DNA from: a virus
Taxonomy: Duplodnaviria; Caudoviricetes
Strand: one strand, 5' to 3'
DNA length: 60,949 nucleotides
Virus record (IMG/VR): IMGVR_UViG_3300034168_000130
Location: 1 to 60,949 of that record
The notes below the pieces were generated by a model. It saw only the letters and a program-made list of their open reading frames with translations, was not told the DNA's origin and did no database searches. Each line of letters starts with the position of its first letter. Within the stretch, counting starts at the first letter, position 1. This document shows positions 36,975-47,000 of this stretch, piece by piece. The translations under genes were made by a program, and so were the position numbers.

Positions 36975-38387
36975 ATGACATATACAAACACACCTATAGT
37001 AGTCAGTCAACAAACCACTGGTTATACTTCTGGAAACATTCCATACTCCAGTATTGTTTTAATTCCAAGTATTCCACACGCAGCTCAACTAGAGGTTGAA
37101 AGAATTTTTACACAAGATAGAGATGGAAGTACAGCAACTCTATTGGCTTTCTTAGCAGACCCAGCTGTTACTACTGCTCAAAAGAAAGCTGTGTTTCTTA
37201 TCCCCATCAGTCGTTGTACCTTGGATTCTATTACAAGTAACATCACAGCAATCGACTTACCTGCTTCAGGAGCTACTATTTATAATTATGTAGTAATAAC
37301 CCCAACCCCTACTACTTATACTATAAAGGTACCAGCTTTAAGCAGCTCTACAGTTACAGTACGTCGTAAAACCGTATCAAATGAACCATTTGTAAACTGG
37401 CAAGCAGGAAGTCGTCTTACCAGTAAACAGTTAAACTTAGCAACAACACAATCTTTATATCTTATACAAGAAGCTTTAGAAAAGATTGGTACATCTGTAA
37501 CAATTGAAACAACACAGATTACAGCTGCCAGTCTATCAGATAATTCTGTAACCAATTCTGCTATTGCAAGCAATGCTGTGACAACTGCTAAGATTGCAGA
37601 CAATGCTGTTACTACAGCTAAGATTGCAGACAATGCTATTACAACAGCTAAAATTATTGATGTAAATGTTACGACAGCTAAGCTTGCAGATAATTCTGTA
37701 ACCTCAGCAAAGATTGCCGATGCTAATGTTACAACTGCTAAGATTGCCGATGCTAATGTTACAACTGTTAAGATTGCAGATAGTAGTGTTACAACTGCTA
37801 AGATTGCCGACAGTGCTGTTACATCTGCTAAAATTTTAGATGGTACTATTGTAAATGCAGCTATAAGTGCAACTGCTGGCATTGTTGATACAAAGCTATC
37901 TACTATTTCTACTGCTGGTAAAGTAGCTAATAGTGCAACTACAGCTGTGACTGCAGCTACTGCTGATACTATTGTGTTGCGAGGAACTAGTGGAGCTGTT
38001 ACAACAGGTCTTTTAACCGCATCATCAATTTCAACTTCAGGAAATCTTTTATTTAACAGTGGGTTTGGGTCTGCTGCGGTTGGTTATGGATGTCGTGCGT
38101 GGGTAAATTTTAATGGTACAGGAACGATTGCTATAAAAGCAAGTGGTAATGTAAGTTCAATTGGTGATAATGGTGCGGGTGATTACACAGTAAATTTTAC
38201 CACATCTATGTCCGATGCTAATTATTGTATAGCAACTTCTGGTGCTCGCACTGCTGCCGAAATTCAAGTAATTGGTGTTGATTACACAAACTCTACAAAA
38301 ACGGCATCGGCTGTTCGGCTAGGCGCAAAGTTAATAGGACTTGCTAGATCAGATTCTGCCGAATGTAATGTAGCTATCTTCCGTTAA
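36975..38387 (+). CDS. Tail fibre with T7 gp17-like anchoring segment
   Basis: VRRKT..FVNWQAGSRLTSKQLN..QSLYLIQE; VTTAKIAD repeats; C-terminal CRAWVNFNG..NVSSI.D.G.GDY.VNF. Confidence 0.85.
   Translation: MTYTNTPIVVSQQTTGYTSGNIPYSSIVLIPSIPHAAQLEVERIFTQDRDGSTATLLAFLADPAVTTAQKKAVFLIPISRCTLDSITSNITAIDLPASGATIYNYVVITPTPTTYTIKVPALSSSTVTVRRKTVSNEPFVNWQAGSRLTSKQLNLATTQSLYLIQEALEKIGTSVTIETTQITAASLSDNSVTNSAIASNAVTTAKIADNAVTTAKIADNAITTAKIIDVNVTTAKLADNSVTSAKIADANVTTAKIADANVTTVKIADSSVTTAKIADSAVTSAKILDGTIVNAAISATAGIVDTKLSTISTAGKVANSATTAVTAATADTIVLRGTSGAVTTGLLTASSISTSGNLLFNSGFGSAAVGYGCRAWVNFNGTGTIAIKASGNVSSIGDNGAGDYTVNFTTSMSDANYCIATSGARTAAEIQVIGVDYTNSTKTASAVRLGAKLIGLARSDSAECNVAIFR
37531..37845 (+). repeat. 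About ten 30-nt coding repeats (VTTAKIADNA)
   Basis: Repeated gttac(a/t)actgctaagattgc(a/c)ga units. Confidence 0.85.
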
Positions 38388-38404
38388 TTTAAAAGGAACA
38401 AACA

Positions 38405-38605
38405 ATGAACAAACGAATTATATATCCAACAGACGAAGGAACAGTATCTATTATTATTCCGTCACCAGAGTGGTTGCAAACTCACACAATTGAAGAACTT
38501 GCAGCAAAAGATGTTCCTGCTGGCAAGCCGTATAAAATTGTAGATGTATCTGAAATTCCAACAGATCGCACATTTAGAAACGCATGGGAGTACACAGCAT
38601 TATGA
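38405..38605 (+). CDS. Putative tail fibre assembly protein
   Basis: KDVP.G.PYKIVD..EIP.DRTFRNAW; follows fibre gene. Confidence 0.65.
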   Translation: MNKRIIYPTDEGTVSIIIPSPEWLQTHTIEELAAKDVPAGKPYKIVDVSEIPTDRTFRNAWEYTAL

Positions 38606-38829
38606 GTATTATTATAAACTTTGAAAAAGCACAAGAAATTACAAAAATAAGATTAAGAACTGAACGAACACCTTTGTTAATAGAGCAAGATATTTTATTT
38701 CAACGTGCATTAGAAACAGGAGCAAGCACAATAGATATTATAGCAGAAAAACAGCGATTAAGAAACATAACAAATTTAGTAAATGAAGCCACAACTTTAA
38801 ATCAACTTAAAACACTAACAAGCTACTAG
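38602..38829 (+). CDS. Phage tail assembly chaperone-like protein
   Basis: R.ER..LL...D and KQRLRNIT; start ATG 38602. Confidence 0.65.
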   Translation: MSIIINFEKAQEITKIRLRTERTPLLIEQDILFQRALETGASTIDIIAEKQRLRNITNLVNEATTLNQLKTLTSY

Positions 38830-38851
38830 ATAATAAACCTTAATTATAACT

Positions 38852-39133
38852 ATGACAAACAATAACACTAATAAACCCTTCTCTCCATCTATAGCTTTGC
38901 AGTGGTTACAACTAATTGTATTAACAATAGGAGTAGCTGGTTTTTTTACTGTGTTAGGCGGTAAAAATGAAACAATAAATAGAACAACATCAGACCTCAG
39001 TGAACTAAAAAACATTGTGCAAGATCTTGTAAAAAGTCAAATTACATTTGCTGTGAATGATGGAAGACATCAAGAAATGTTAGATGATCTTCGTATAAGA
39101 GTGTTTGATTTAGAGAAAAGGAGTATTCGATAA
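38852..39133 (+). CDS. Membrane protein (one TM helix plus coiled coil), putative lysis
   Basis: Hydrophobic IALQWLQLIVLTIGVAGFFTVL then heptads. Confidence 0.55.
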   Translation: MTNNNTNKPFSPSIALQWLQLIVLTIGVAGFFTVLGGKNETINRTTSDLSELKNIVQDLVKSQITFAVNDGRHQEMLDDLRIRVFDLEKRSIR

Positions 39134-39567
39134 TGCCATTAGAGTTAATCAGTTTGTTAGGTGGTGGTTTAGCTGGGTTTGTCTTTCGATACCTTGCTCA
39201 ACGAGCATCAGATCAAAAGGAAATGTTTGTTCAACTACTTGCAGTCAATAAACAAACAACCGAGAACCAAGACAAGGCAGCCCTCAGGGTTCCATTAGAT
39301 GTTGGTAAGGTTGTCCGTCAGACCATTGTGTTGGTTGTGTTGTTTGGAACCATTGTGGCTCCATTTGTATTGCCTTTCTTTGGGGTCCCTACCTTTGTAG
39401 AAGTCGATACAGTTAACCCAGAAGGTTTGTTTGGTATCATTCCCCAATACAGCCGTAAGGTTTTTGTTGAGGTGAATGGGTTTCTTTACACGTCTGAGAA
39501 TCGTCAAATCTTGGTATCCCTAGTGGGCTTTTACTTTGGAACCGCAGCAGCAGGAAATAAATCATGA
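39133..39567 (+). CDS. Putative holin
   Basis: Three hydrophobic segments, terminal LVGFYFG; upstream of terminase as in T7. Confidence 0.55.
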   Translation: MPLELISLLGGGLAGFVFRYLAQRASDQKEMFVQLLAVNKQTTENQDKAALRVPLDVGKVVRQTIVLVVLFGTIVAPFVLPFFGVPTFVEVDTVNPEGLFGIIPQYSRKVFVEVNGFLYTSENRQILVSLVGFYFGTAAAGNKS

Positions 39568-39776
39568 AATATATTCTATCTTTAATGTGTTTAGTTGGCT
39601 GTTCCACAGTCCCTATTCTTGTCCCTGATGCATCTCGACCATCGGTCATGGAAACCGTTATTACCCATGGGATTGATAAGCCTAGTTACTACTGGGTGTT
39701 GTGGTATGTACCTGTATTAGTTGTTGTATTGGGTTGGTCCTATGTCACCTTCATTAAGAAAGGCACTAAAGAATGA
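39564..39776 (+). CDS. Lipoprotein with C-terminal TM helix (spanin-like)
   Basis: MKYILSLMCLVG|C lipobox; YWVLWYVPVLVVVLGWSYVTF then KK. Confidence 0.55.
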   Translation: MKYILSLMCLVGCSTVPILVPDASRPSVMETVITHGIDKPSYYWVLWYVPVLVVVLGWSYVTFIKKGTKE

Positions 39777-40012
39777 GTCGTAAACAAACAGTTAATAGGA
39801 TTTATGATAAGCTGCTGAACGCATTACTGGAAGATCTATCTGACAGCTCTAAGTGTGGTCCTGGATTATATCAAGTAATCCGTGGAGTCATGCAGGACAA
39901 TAGAGAGTTATTGGACAGTATTCCAAGTGATTCAATGGAAGCGGTTGAGCGGAAGATGGCTGCTTCTGTTCCCTTTAAGTTTGCCTCTACAAACCCAGCA
40001 CCCCTTCAGTAA
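39773..40012 (+). CDS. Terminase small subunit (gp18-like)
   Basis: Small helical ORF before TerL; LL..L, .DN, terminal PF. Confidence 0.6.
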   Translation: MSRKQTVNRIYDKLLNALLEDLSDSSKCGPGLYQVIRGVMQDNRELLDSIPSDSMEAVERKMAASVPFKFASTNPAPLQ

Positions 40013-40109
40013 GGCTGAGGTGACCTATGATGCGTTTGTTCCTGCAGGGGCTACAGATGCCTAGGGTAACATAAGAAACGCAACACAGGAGATCCTAGAA
40101 AGGATACTA

Positions 40110-41798
40110 ATGAATGTACCTCAAGAGGTGTTAGATGACTTTAGAAATCATCTATATTTTTGTTTCAAGTATTTAGGTCTTGGGTTACCTACCCCAAAGC
40201 AGTATGCTATGGCAGAGGTTCTTCAGAACGGCAGTAATGACTTTTTAATGCAAGCTGGTCGTGGGGATGGTAAGTCTGTTATCAATGCTTGCTTTGTGTC
40301 TTGGAAGATTCTTAAAGATATTAACAGAACTCAACTTGTTCTTTCAGCTGCTGGGGATAAGGCTATTAAGTTTGTATCTCAGGTTCGTCAGACCCTAGCT
40401 TTAGTTCCGTATATGCAACATTTGATTCCTCAGGAGTTTGAGAAGGATTCGGCATTCGGGTTTAATGTACATGGTCGTACTAGAATCAGCCAAGATCTTT
40501 CGGTATCCGCAAAAGGTATCACCAGTCAGATCACAGGATCCCATGCAGATGATATCTTGTGTGATGATATAGAAGTACCTGAGAACTCCGATAGCCCTGC
40601 ATCCCGTGAAAAGTTATGGGATAGGTGTATGGAGTTAGAGAATGTAAGAAACAAAATAGATGATGCAACTATCAGATTCCTAGGGACACCTCAAACAAAA
40701 GACTCTATATACAATAAACTTGCAAGTCTATATACAGTTGTTAAGTTTCCTGCTGTTATGCCTGATATAACATCTCCTCAGGATTGTGAGAATGTTCATA
40801 AGTATATCCTTGGTTTAGAATTAGAAGCGGGTCAATCAACTCAAGTAGAAAGATTCTCTGATGAAAGACTGTTGGAGATTGAAGCAAAGATTGGTCCCAG
40901 CTTATTTGCATTGCACTATAAGCTTGATACAAGTTCATCCGACAGTAAACGATATCCACTTCATCTTGCAGACTTGTTAGTATTAGATGTTGATGTTGAT
41001 ATCTTTCCTACTAAAGTAACTTGGTCAAACTCAACACAGAATAAAAGAGTTGCATCCTTTGGTATGCGTGGTGATATCTGTTATGAACCCATGTGGGTAT
41101 CTTCGGATCATACTGATTATATGGAAACAGTATTGTTTATTGATCCATCAGGTCGAGGAGAAGATGAGACAGCTTTATGTGTGGCATCCTTTGTCAATGG
41201 TTACATTGTGGTACATGAGTTGTTTGGTCTTCAAGGAGGATATGATAATATTACTTTACAAAAGATATGTAAGTTAGTTATCCAATACAAGATAAAGAAG
41301 ATCAGTTATGAATCAAACTATGGTGATGGTATGTTTGGTCAGATACTGAAACCAGTCGTTGCATCTTCTTGTGGGCAAGTTGCCATCAAGGAATACAAAG
41401 TAACTGGGAATAAGGAGAGTCGTATCTTGCGGACACTGGAGCCTGTGTTTGCTCAGCATCGTTTAGTGTTTGATACGAAAGCAATTCAAGACAAAGAAAA
41501 TCAAATACAAATAACGAGAATAACAGAAAGACGGGGGTCATTAAAACATGACGATAGAATTGACGTATTATCTGCTGCTGTGTCTTATTGGGCTGATGCC
41601 ATTGCAATTGATCCTGATACCGCTATTAAAAAGAATCAATCTGATGAACAAAAAAAGATCACTAAAGACTGGATGTCCAATAAAAGATCATTAGGTTTAC
41701 TTGGAGAGCGCATCAGTGGAGCTGTGTTATTGAATGGTCAAGAAGTTGGAAAGAAAAAATCTAAGTTTGGTACTTCAATACTAAAGAGGAGACAATGA
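40110..41798 (+). CDS. Terminase large subunit (gp19-like)
   Basis: DFRN, RGDGKS, QITGSHAD..DDIE, LGTPQ..SIY, DPSGRGEDET, HDDRID. Confidence 0.96.
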   Translation: MNVPQEVLDDFRNHLYFCFKYLGLGLPTPKQYAMAEVLQNGSNDFLMQAGRGDGKSVINACFVSWKILKDINRTQLVLSAAGDKAIKFVSQVRQTLALVPYMQHLIPQEFEKDSAFGFNVHGRTRISQDLSVSAKGITSQITGSHADDILCDDIEVPENSDSPASREKLWDRCMELENVRNKIDDATIRFLGTPQTKDSIYNKLASLYTVVKFPAVMPDITSPQDCENVHKYILGLELEAGQSTQVERFSDERLLEIEAKIGPSLFALHYKLDTSSSDSKRYPLHLADLLVLDVDVDIFPTKVTWSNSTQNKRVASFGMRGDICYEPMWVSSDHTDYMETVLFIDPSGRGEDETALCVASFVNGYIVVHELFGLQGGYDNITLQKICKLVIQYKIKKISYESNYGDGMFGQILKPVVASSCGQVAIKEYKVTGNKESRILRTLEPVFAQHRLVFDTKAIQDKENQIQITRITERRGSLKHDDRIDVLSAAVSYWADAIAIDPDTAIKKNQSDEQKKITKDWMSNKRSLGLLGERISGAVLLNGQEVGKKKSKFGTSILKRRQ

Positions 41799-42274
41799 AT
41801 GCAGTCACAGGCATCGGTCCCCGCACAGGGACATCGTGGGTCATGGGCAAACTGCAAGAAGCAGGGCTTAAGGTCAATGGTCATAAATTCCTACCTGACC
41901 TATTAGTGCCCAAACATAACCCACAAGGTTACTGGGAGTTAGACCCTGATGAACCAATGCCAACCACAGGCATCAGTAAGTTATGGGGTATCTGGCATAA
42001 CACAAATGTCAATAAGGTTGTGGTGTTAGAACGAGCTGATACCAAAGCACAACTAAAGTCAATGGATAAAGTTTTAAAAGATGAGTTACTGCTGCCGAAA
42101 TGTGCATCACTGTGGAAACCTGAATGGACATCTAAAGCAGTCTTATCAATGTACATTACAGCAATGAATGAATGGCTAACAACAAGAGACTTAGAAAAGA
42201 CTATGATAGTTTATACTGAGAATCTAAATAACGAAATAGACAATATAATTAAATTCTTACAGGAGGATAACTAA
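41795..42274 (+). CDS. Sulfotransferase-like P-loop protein
   Basis: GPRTGTSW (5'-PSB-like), NPQGYWE, R-x8-S (3'-PB-like), YTENL. Confidence 0.65.
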   Translation: MNAVTGIGPRTGTSWVMGKLQEAGLKVNGHKFLPDLLVPKHNPQGYWELDPDEPMPTTGISKLWGIWHNTNVNKVVVLERADTKAQLKSMDKVLKDELLLPKCASLWKPEWTSKAVLSMYITAMNEWLTTRDLEKTMIVYTENLNNEIDNIIKFLQEDN

Positions 42275-42969
42275 TGGGAGTAGCAGCAGGAGTAATGGGT
42301 GGGCTTGCTTTAGCGCAAGGAGTAATGGGTGCTTTTTCAGCAAGCTCAGCAGCATCAGCGCAAGCACAAGCACAAAAACTACAACAACAACAAGCTAATT
42401 TTAAGAATGAATGGGCACATGCAGCTGAGCAACGAAATCAGATGCGTCAGTTCCAAGCAAACCTAGAAAGAAATGCACTGATTGAACGTGGTGCTAATAC
42501 AGATCGAGCACTAGCTGAATTGTATTTAGATAAGAACTTTCAGAATGCAAAGGGAACCTTATCAAAGCAAACTGCAGCAACCAATGCTCAGTTTCTTGGA
42601 ACAATGCAAGCACGTGGTATGGGGTCAACCTCAGGTACAGCAAGAGCATTGTTACGACAAAACATGTCAGCAGTCAGTGCAAACATGATTGCACTTAAGA
42701 CAAACTATAGGCAATCCTATAAGGATATTGAAAATCAACAAAGCCAAAAGCTGGGGCAAAGACAATTTTCTTTTCAAGAACAATCAGTCTTTCTACCAGT
42801 TACTGGGGGTATTGCAGATTCATCATCAAGTGCATTAACCACAGGTCTTATTAGTGCGGGCATCCAAGGTGTTGCTGCTGGTTACTCAGCAAACCTACAG
42901 TATGGTGGTGGTGGTGGTGGTGGTGGTGATTATACAGCGTCTCCATATTTTGTTGGACCACGACAATAA
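42274..42969 (+). CDS. Internal virion protein (gp14-like)
   Basis: G/A-rich hydrophobic N-terminus, Q/A-rich helix, ARG..G; (GGT)8 poly-Gly at 42904-42927. Confidence 0.7.
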   Translation: MGVAAGVMGGLALAQGVMGAFSASSAASAQAQAQKLQQQQANFKNEWAHAAEQRNQMRQFQANLERNALIERGANTDRALAELYLDKNFQNAKGTLSKQTAATNAQFLGTMQARGMGSTSGTARALLRQNMSAVSANMIALKTNYRQSYKDIENQQSQKLGQRQFSFQEQSVFLPVTGGIADSSSSALTTGLISAGIQGVAAGYSANLQYGGGGGGGGDYTASPYFVGPRQ

Positions 42970-42978
42970 GGATAAAAT

Positions 42979-44040
42979 ATGTCACAACTAAACAATAACT
43001 TTTACAATGAACTGCAGAATATTGCTTCTGCATCTATGCCAGTTACAACTACAAACACAAACCCAACAAACATTGAAGAAGGTTTATCAAAACAAGCTAC
43101 AGCTAGACTAAAAGAATCAACTGATCTTGCAATGCAAATGTATCCATCAGAAGCAGGAGAAAGATTTGATTTCTGGAAGAAACAAAACAACCCAGAAAGT
43201 ATGGATACAGATACAAAGAATGTTTATTGGAAGACATATGAACAGATGCATCCTGAAGGTATTGTTGGGGCTAAAAGAGATTTCGTAGATGTTACTAAGA
43301 GAGAGTTAGATGTTATTGGTAGTAATGTTGGTAAGGAGTATTTCCTAAGGGATAGGTTGGTGAATACACCAGCATGGGCACGTAAAGAATTAGATCCTAT
43401 TTTAGGTGAACTTAGTGCAAACGTTGCTAACTCAAACTACTCTAAATCACAACAAGTCTATATGAAAGATTTAGATCTCAGGGCTTCTCACTTTGCTGCT
43501 AAGGCTCAGTTAGATCCTGATGTGTCTATAGATACCCATACAGAAGATGCTGTTAAATTGGAACAACTAAATCTTTTAGAATTGGGTACAGTTGTTCAAG
43601 GTCGTATAGGTGTTTATAATGAAGATGGTCAATTCTACCCAGCCTTTGGTATTAAAGATAGAACTGAGATTTTTAAAAAAGATATTGACGCATCTCCTTC
43701 TTTGGAAGAACAAAGTGTTGTTCGTGGTATTGCTCCTAACATTATCCGAAGAGCTGTTGAAGGAAATCTTGCGTTAAACCGAAACAAGATTCAAGCACAA
43801 GAACGCACAGGAGAAGCAGTCGCTACTGAGTATTTAACAACTGGTGCTTTTGGTATTGATAAATGGAATACAGCTTTTGCTATGTTACCTAACGTTACTA
43901 ATTATGATAAACTAAAACAAGGTATTCAAGGAGAGATTTCTTCTGGCAGAATAACCTCTGAGAAAGATTTAATAAGAACAATCTATCAATCTATGGTCAC
44001 TTATGGTCATCTATTTGAAAAAAATAAGGAACAGAAATAA
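42979..44040 (+). CDS. Putative internal virion protein
   Basis: 353-aa helical ORF within the ejection block; TAATG-coupled. Confidence 0.6.
   Translation: MSQLNNNFYNELQNIASASMPVTTTNTNPTNIEEGLSKQATARLKESTDLAMQMYPSEAGERFDFWKKQNNPESMDTDTKNVYWKTYEQMHPEGIVGAKRDFVDVTKRELDVIGSNVGKEYFLRDRLVNTPAWARKELDPILGELSANVANSNYSKSQQVYMKDLDLRASHFAAKAQLDPDVSIDTHTEDAVKLEQLNLLELGTVVQGRIGVYNEDGQFYPAFGIKDRTEIFKKDIDASPSLEEQSVVRGIAPNIIRRAVEGNLALNRNKIQAQERTGEAVATEYLTTGAFGIDKWNTAFAMLPNVTNYDKLKQGIQGEISSGRITSEKDLIRTIYQSMVTYGHLFEKNKEQK
43259..43276 (+). promoter_or_regulatory. Possible phage promoter variant upstream of the giant virion genes
   Basis: GTATTGTTGGGGCTAAAA; exact core. Confidence 0.35.
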
Positions 44041-47000
44041 TGCCTCCACTTCAGCCTCTTCAACAAACAATCTTTGAACAAGGTCCACAATCATCTGTCG
44101 GTATGGGAGCATCTCCTATTGTAGACTATAGGGAAGATCCAACCGTAATAGTAAACCCTATTAACCCAGCTCTTGCTTTAGATAATGGAGTTGCGTGGTA
44201 TGCCTTAGGTGCTGAAGCTTTTAATGTTGCAGGTAAGTTGTATACGGAAACCTTGGATAATGTTATTGAAGGTAAAGATGCATCTATCCAAGCTATTGGT
44301 TATGATCTACAGGACGAGACTGATGATTTGTATCAGAACTTTCAAATAAGACTCCAGCAAGCAGAGATTGCAGGTACTGACTTGACCCAAGAGGATCAAG
44401 TGATACTGAATAAGGGATATGAAGATCTCAAGGTAAAGTATGACGAACAGGCTAGAGGTGTTCTTGGTGATGAAGATTATGCTCGGTTCACTCAGGGCAA
44501 TCCTGACCTCAGTGATATTGGCAGCAAGTATCGTCGCCTAGCCCTACAGACCCGTAAAAGTTACTATGATATTGAGAACAATATCACAAAGATCATGTAT
44601 AATATGGCAGAAGCTCAACAAAATTTAATTGAGAAGAACGAAAACAGGGCTAGGTTTGCTGCTGGCAACGGACCAACGGGCAGCAGACAACCTTCCCTGA
44701 CAAGGGAAGAGATGGCAAATATTCCCTATAACCCAATGATCAATGGTATGTACCCTATCACAACAAACGGTGGCAAGTCTATACTGCCTATGGGTAAGGA
44801 TGGTACTGCGTTTGGTCGAGATGCTGCAGGGCAGATCTTAAAGGATGAATTTGGAAAGCCTGTGTTAGTTGAAGGTAAAGATAAAGAATTATACATCAAC
44901 AAAGAAGCAGACCTAGCAGTCTTAGGCGAAGACCATTTACGCACTATTTCCCGAGTAGAAGCTGAGGGTGGTAACCAGACCAGTGCTACAGGTAAGAACA
45001 TCCTTCCTGCAGCCCAGAGGGCATACAAAGATCTTATCACAGATAGACTCTCTGATAGTGATGCATTGATAGCAATGAACCAATTGCGCTATGTTGATGT
45101 TCGGGCAATTGCTGCATTACAAAATGCTGATGGCAGTCCAGCTTTCTCAGCAGACCAAGTTATGCGCCTCAGTGTAATGAGCAGCATGTCTCGTAGTTCT
45201 GCTACGTTAGAGATGCTAAAAAAGTTTCAAGTTAATGACTTTAACAATCCTAAGGCATTAGAGATTGCCTATAAGTATCTAAACAGTGTAAAACGTGGTG
45301 CTAAGGGGTTGGTAATGGAAGGTCGTAATGATTTCTTAGGTAATGAAGAAACCATCTTCGGTACAGGTCAAGACCAAACAGCTTTGGCAACCATCACTAA
45401 TGCAGTTGTTCGCTTTGCAGCTCAATATTCTGGGGTAAACCTTGATACTTACACTACGGATGAAAACAATAAGGATGTCAGAGTAGCTGGCGAAGGAACT
45501 AGTAATGAATCTATTGTTGATTTCTTGTACAGGAATCCTCAGATGAAGATTATGATTGTTCGTGCTTACCTTGCTGTCATGTCGAACCCAACTATTACCC
45601 GAGGTGGTACAGAAGCTACAGACAAACTACGCAGTGAAGAGATCAATGAGTTTATGAAAACTTCTTTTGTTCCTGCTGAGTTTGAAGCAGCTGACCTGAG
45701 TGTTATTGATGGTGTGGTCATTAGCTCTAAGTCTTTGAAGTCAGTTGATAGATCAGTTGAAGGCTTGAATAGCATCATTAATTCTGCTAAGCTTACTGAT
45801 CTCCAGAAAAAAGAATACATGGATCTTAATAAGGGAGAGAAGAGTAAAATTATAGCTCAGGCTGAACTACGTGGAACCAACGGCTGCAAAGTTCTTCATA
45901 CAGATACAGAAGAACAGGTTATTGCTAAACAAATTACTTACATAGGACTGTGGAATCCTTCCGCTGACAAGCAAGTCATTCGTGCTGTGCTTGGCGGTGT
46001 TGGTCAAACCAGCGTAACCCGCAGAGGAACTACTATAGCTAAGAACGGTCTCAGTGATGGTGAGTTAGCTCGTGCTGCGTTCGCAGCTAATCCAGAATTC
46101 TACGGACCTATGGGTCTTGTACCTAACACTAAAGACGCAGCTGCCTTGGTTCGTGCTATGCCTATAGAGGATCAAGTAAAACTTGCTGGTGAGGCTTGGC
46201 AGATGATCCCTCCAGCTGAGTACTGGGAGATGGAACTAGATATCTCAGACATATCTCAACTAGAAGGAGACAATTCAGGCATCCCTGTGTCTTTTAAAGC
46301 AATTTCTGCTCAGACTGTTGATGGAACTAACGTGAACCTTGTTGATTATGTGACCTCTAGGGATAACCTAGATTCAAAAGGTGGCTGGATGCCCCGTCAA
46401 CGTGACAACAATAACACCCCTATAGTTCGCATTGGTCAACGTATCCTGAATGATAAGAATCAACTTGTTGAAAACACAGAACGAAACCTAAACTTAAACA
46501 TACAAGACATAATTGAAGCACGGGCTGAAGGTTCCTTTAGTAACCGTGAGACTGTGCTTAGGGGAGCGGGATTTCCTAGTCGAACAGACACAGGAGCTAC
46601 TGATGATGTTCGGGCTATTGAGGCAATCAAGATTAGTAAGATCCAGCAGGATAGAATTAACTTTGCAAAGTTATTTGAAACCAGTGGGATTGATAATCCA
46701 GAAGTTACTTCAGTTGTTGATTTTATGAACCAACTAGATCTTCCAAAAACCAGAGCAGGTCTAGCAGCCATACGAAAACTTGATCCTACGTTCAAAGATG
46801 ATGCTGCAGGTACCAGTATCCTTGATACCATTACTACAGATTACCGACGAGCAACCCAGCCTAACACAGGTGAGTTACGTACTGGTGCGGGTGATCCTGA
46901 TGGTAAGGGTAACTATGCTGATGCTTTATTTACCCCAGCCATGATGGATGCAGTTATGGTAAAGGCACAGAAGCTTGGTCTTAAAACCGTCAGTGATCAT

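Noticed and set aside
31744-38387. Diversity-generating retroelement suggested by Mtd-like N-terminal fibre domains
   Set aside because: No reverse transcriptase and no template/variable repeat pair seen.
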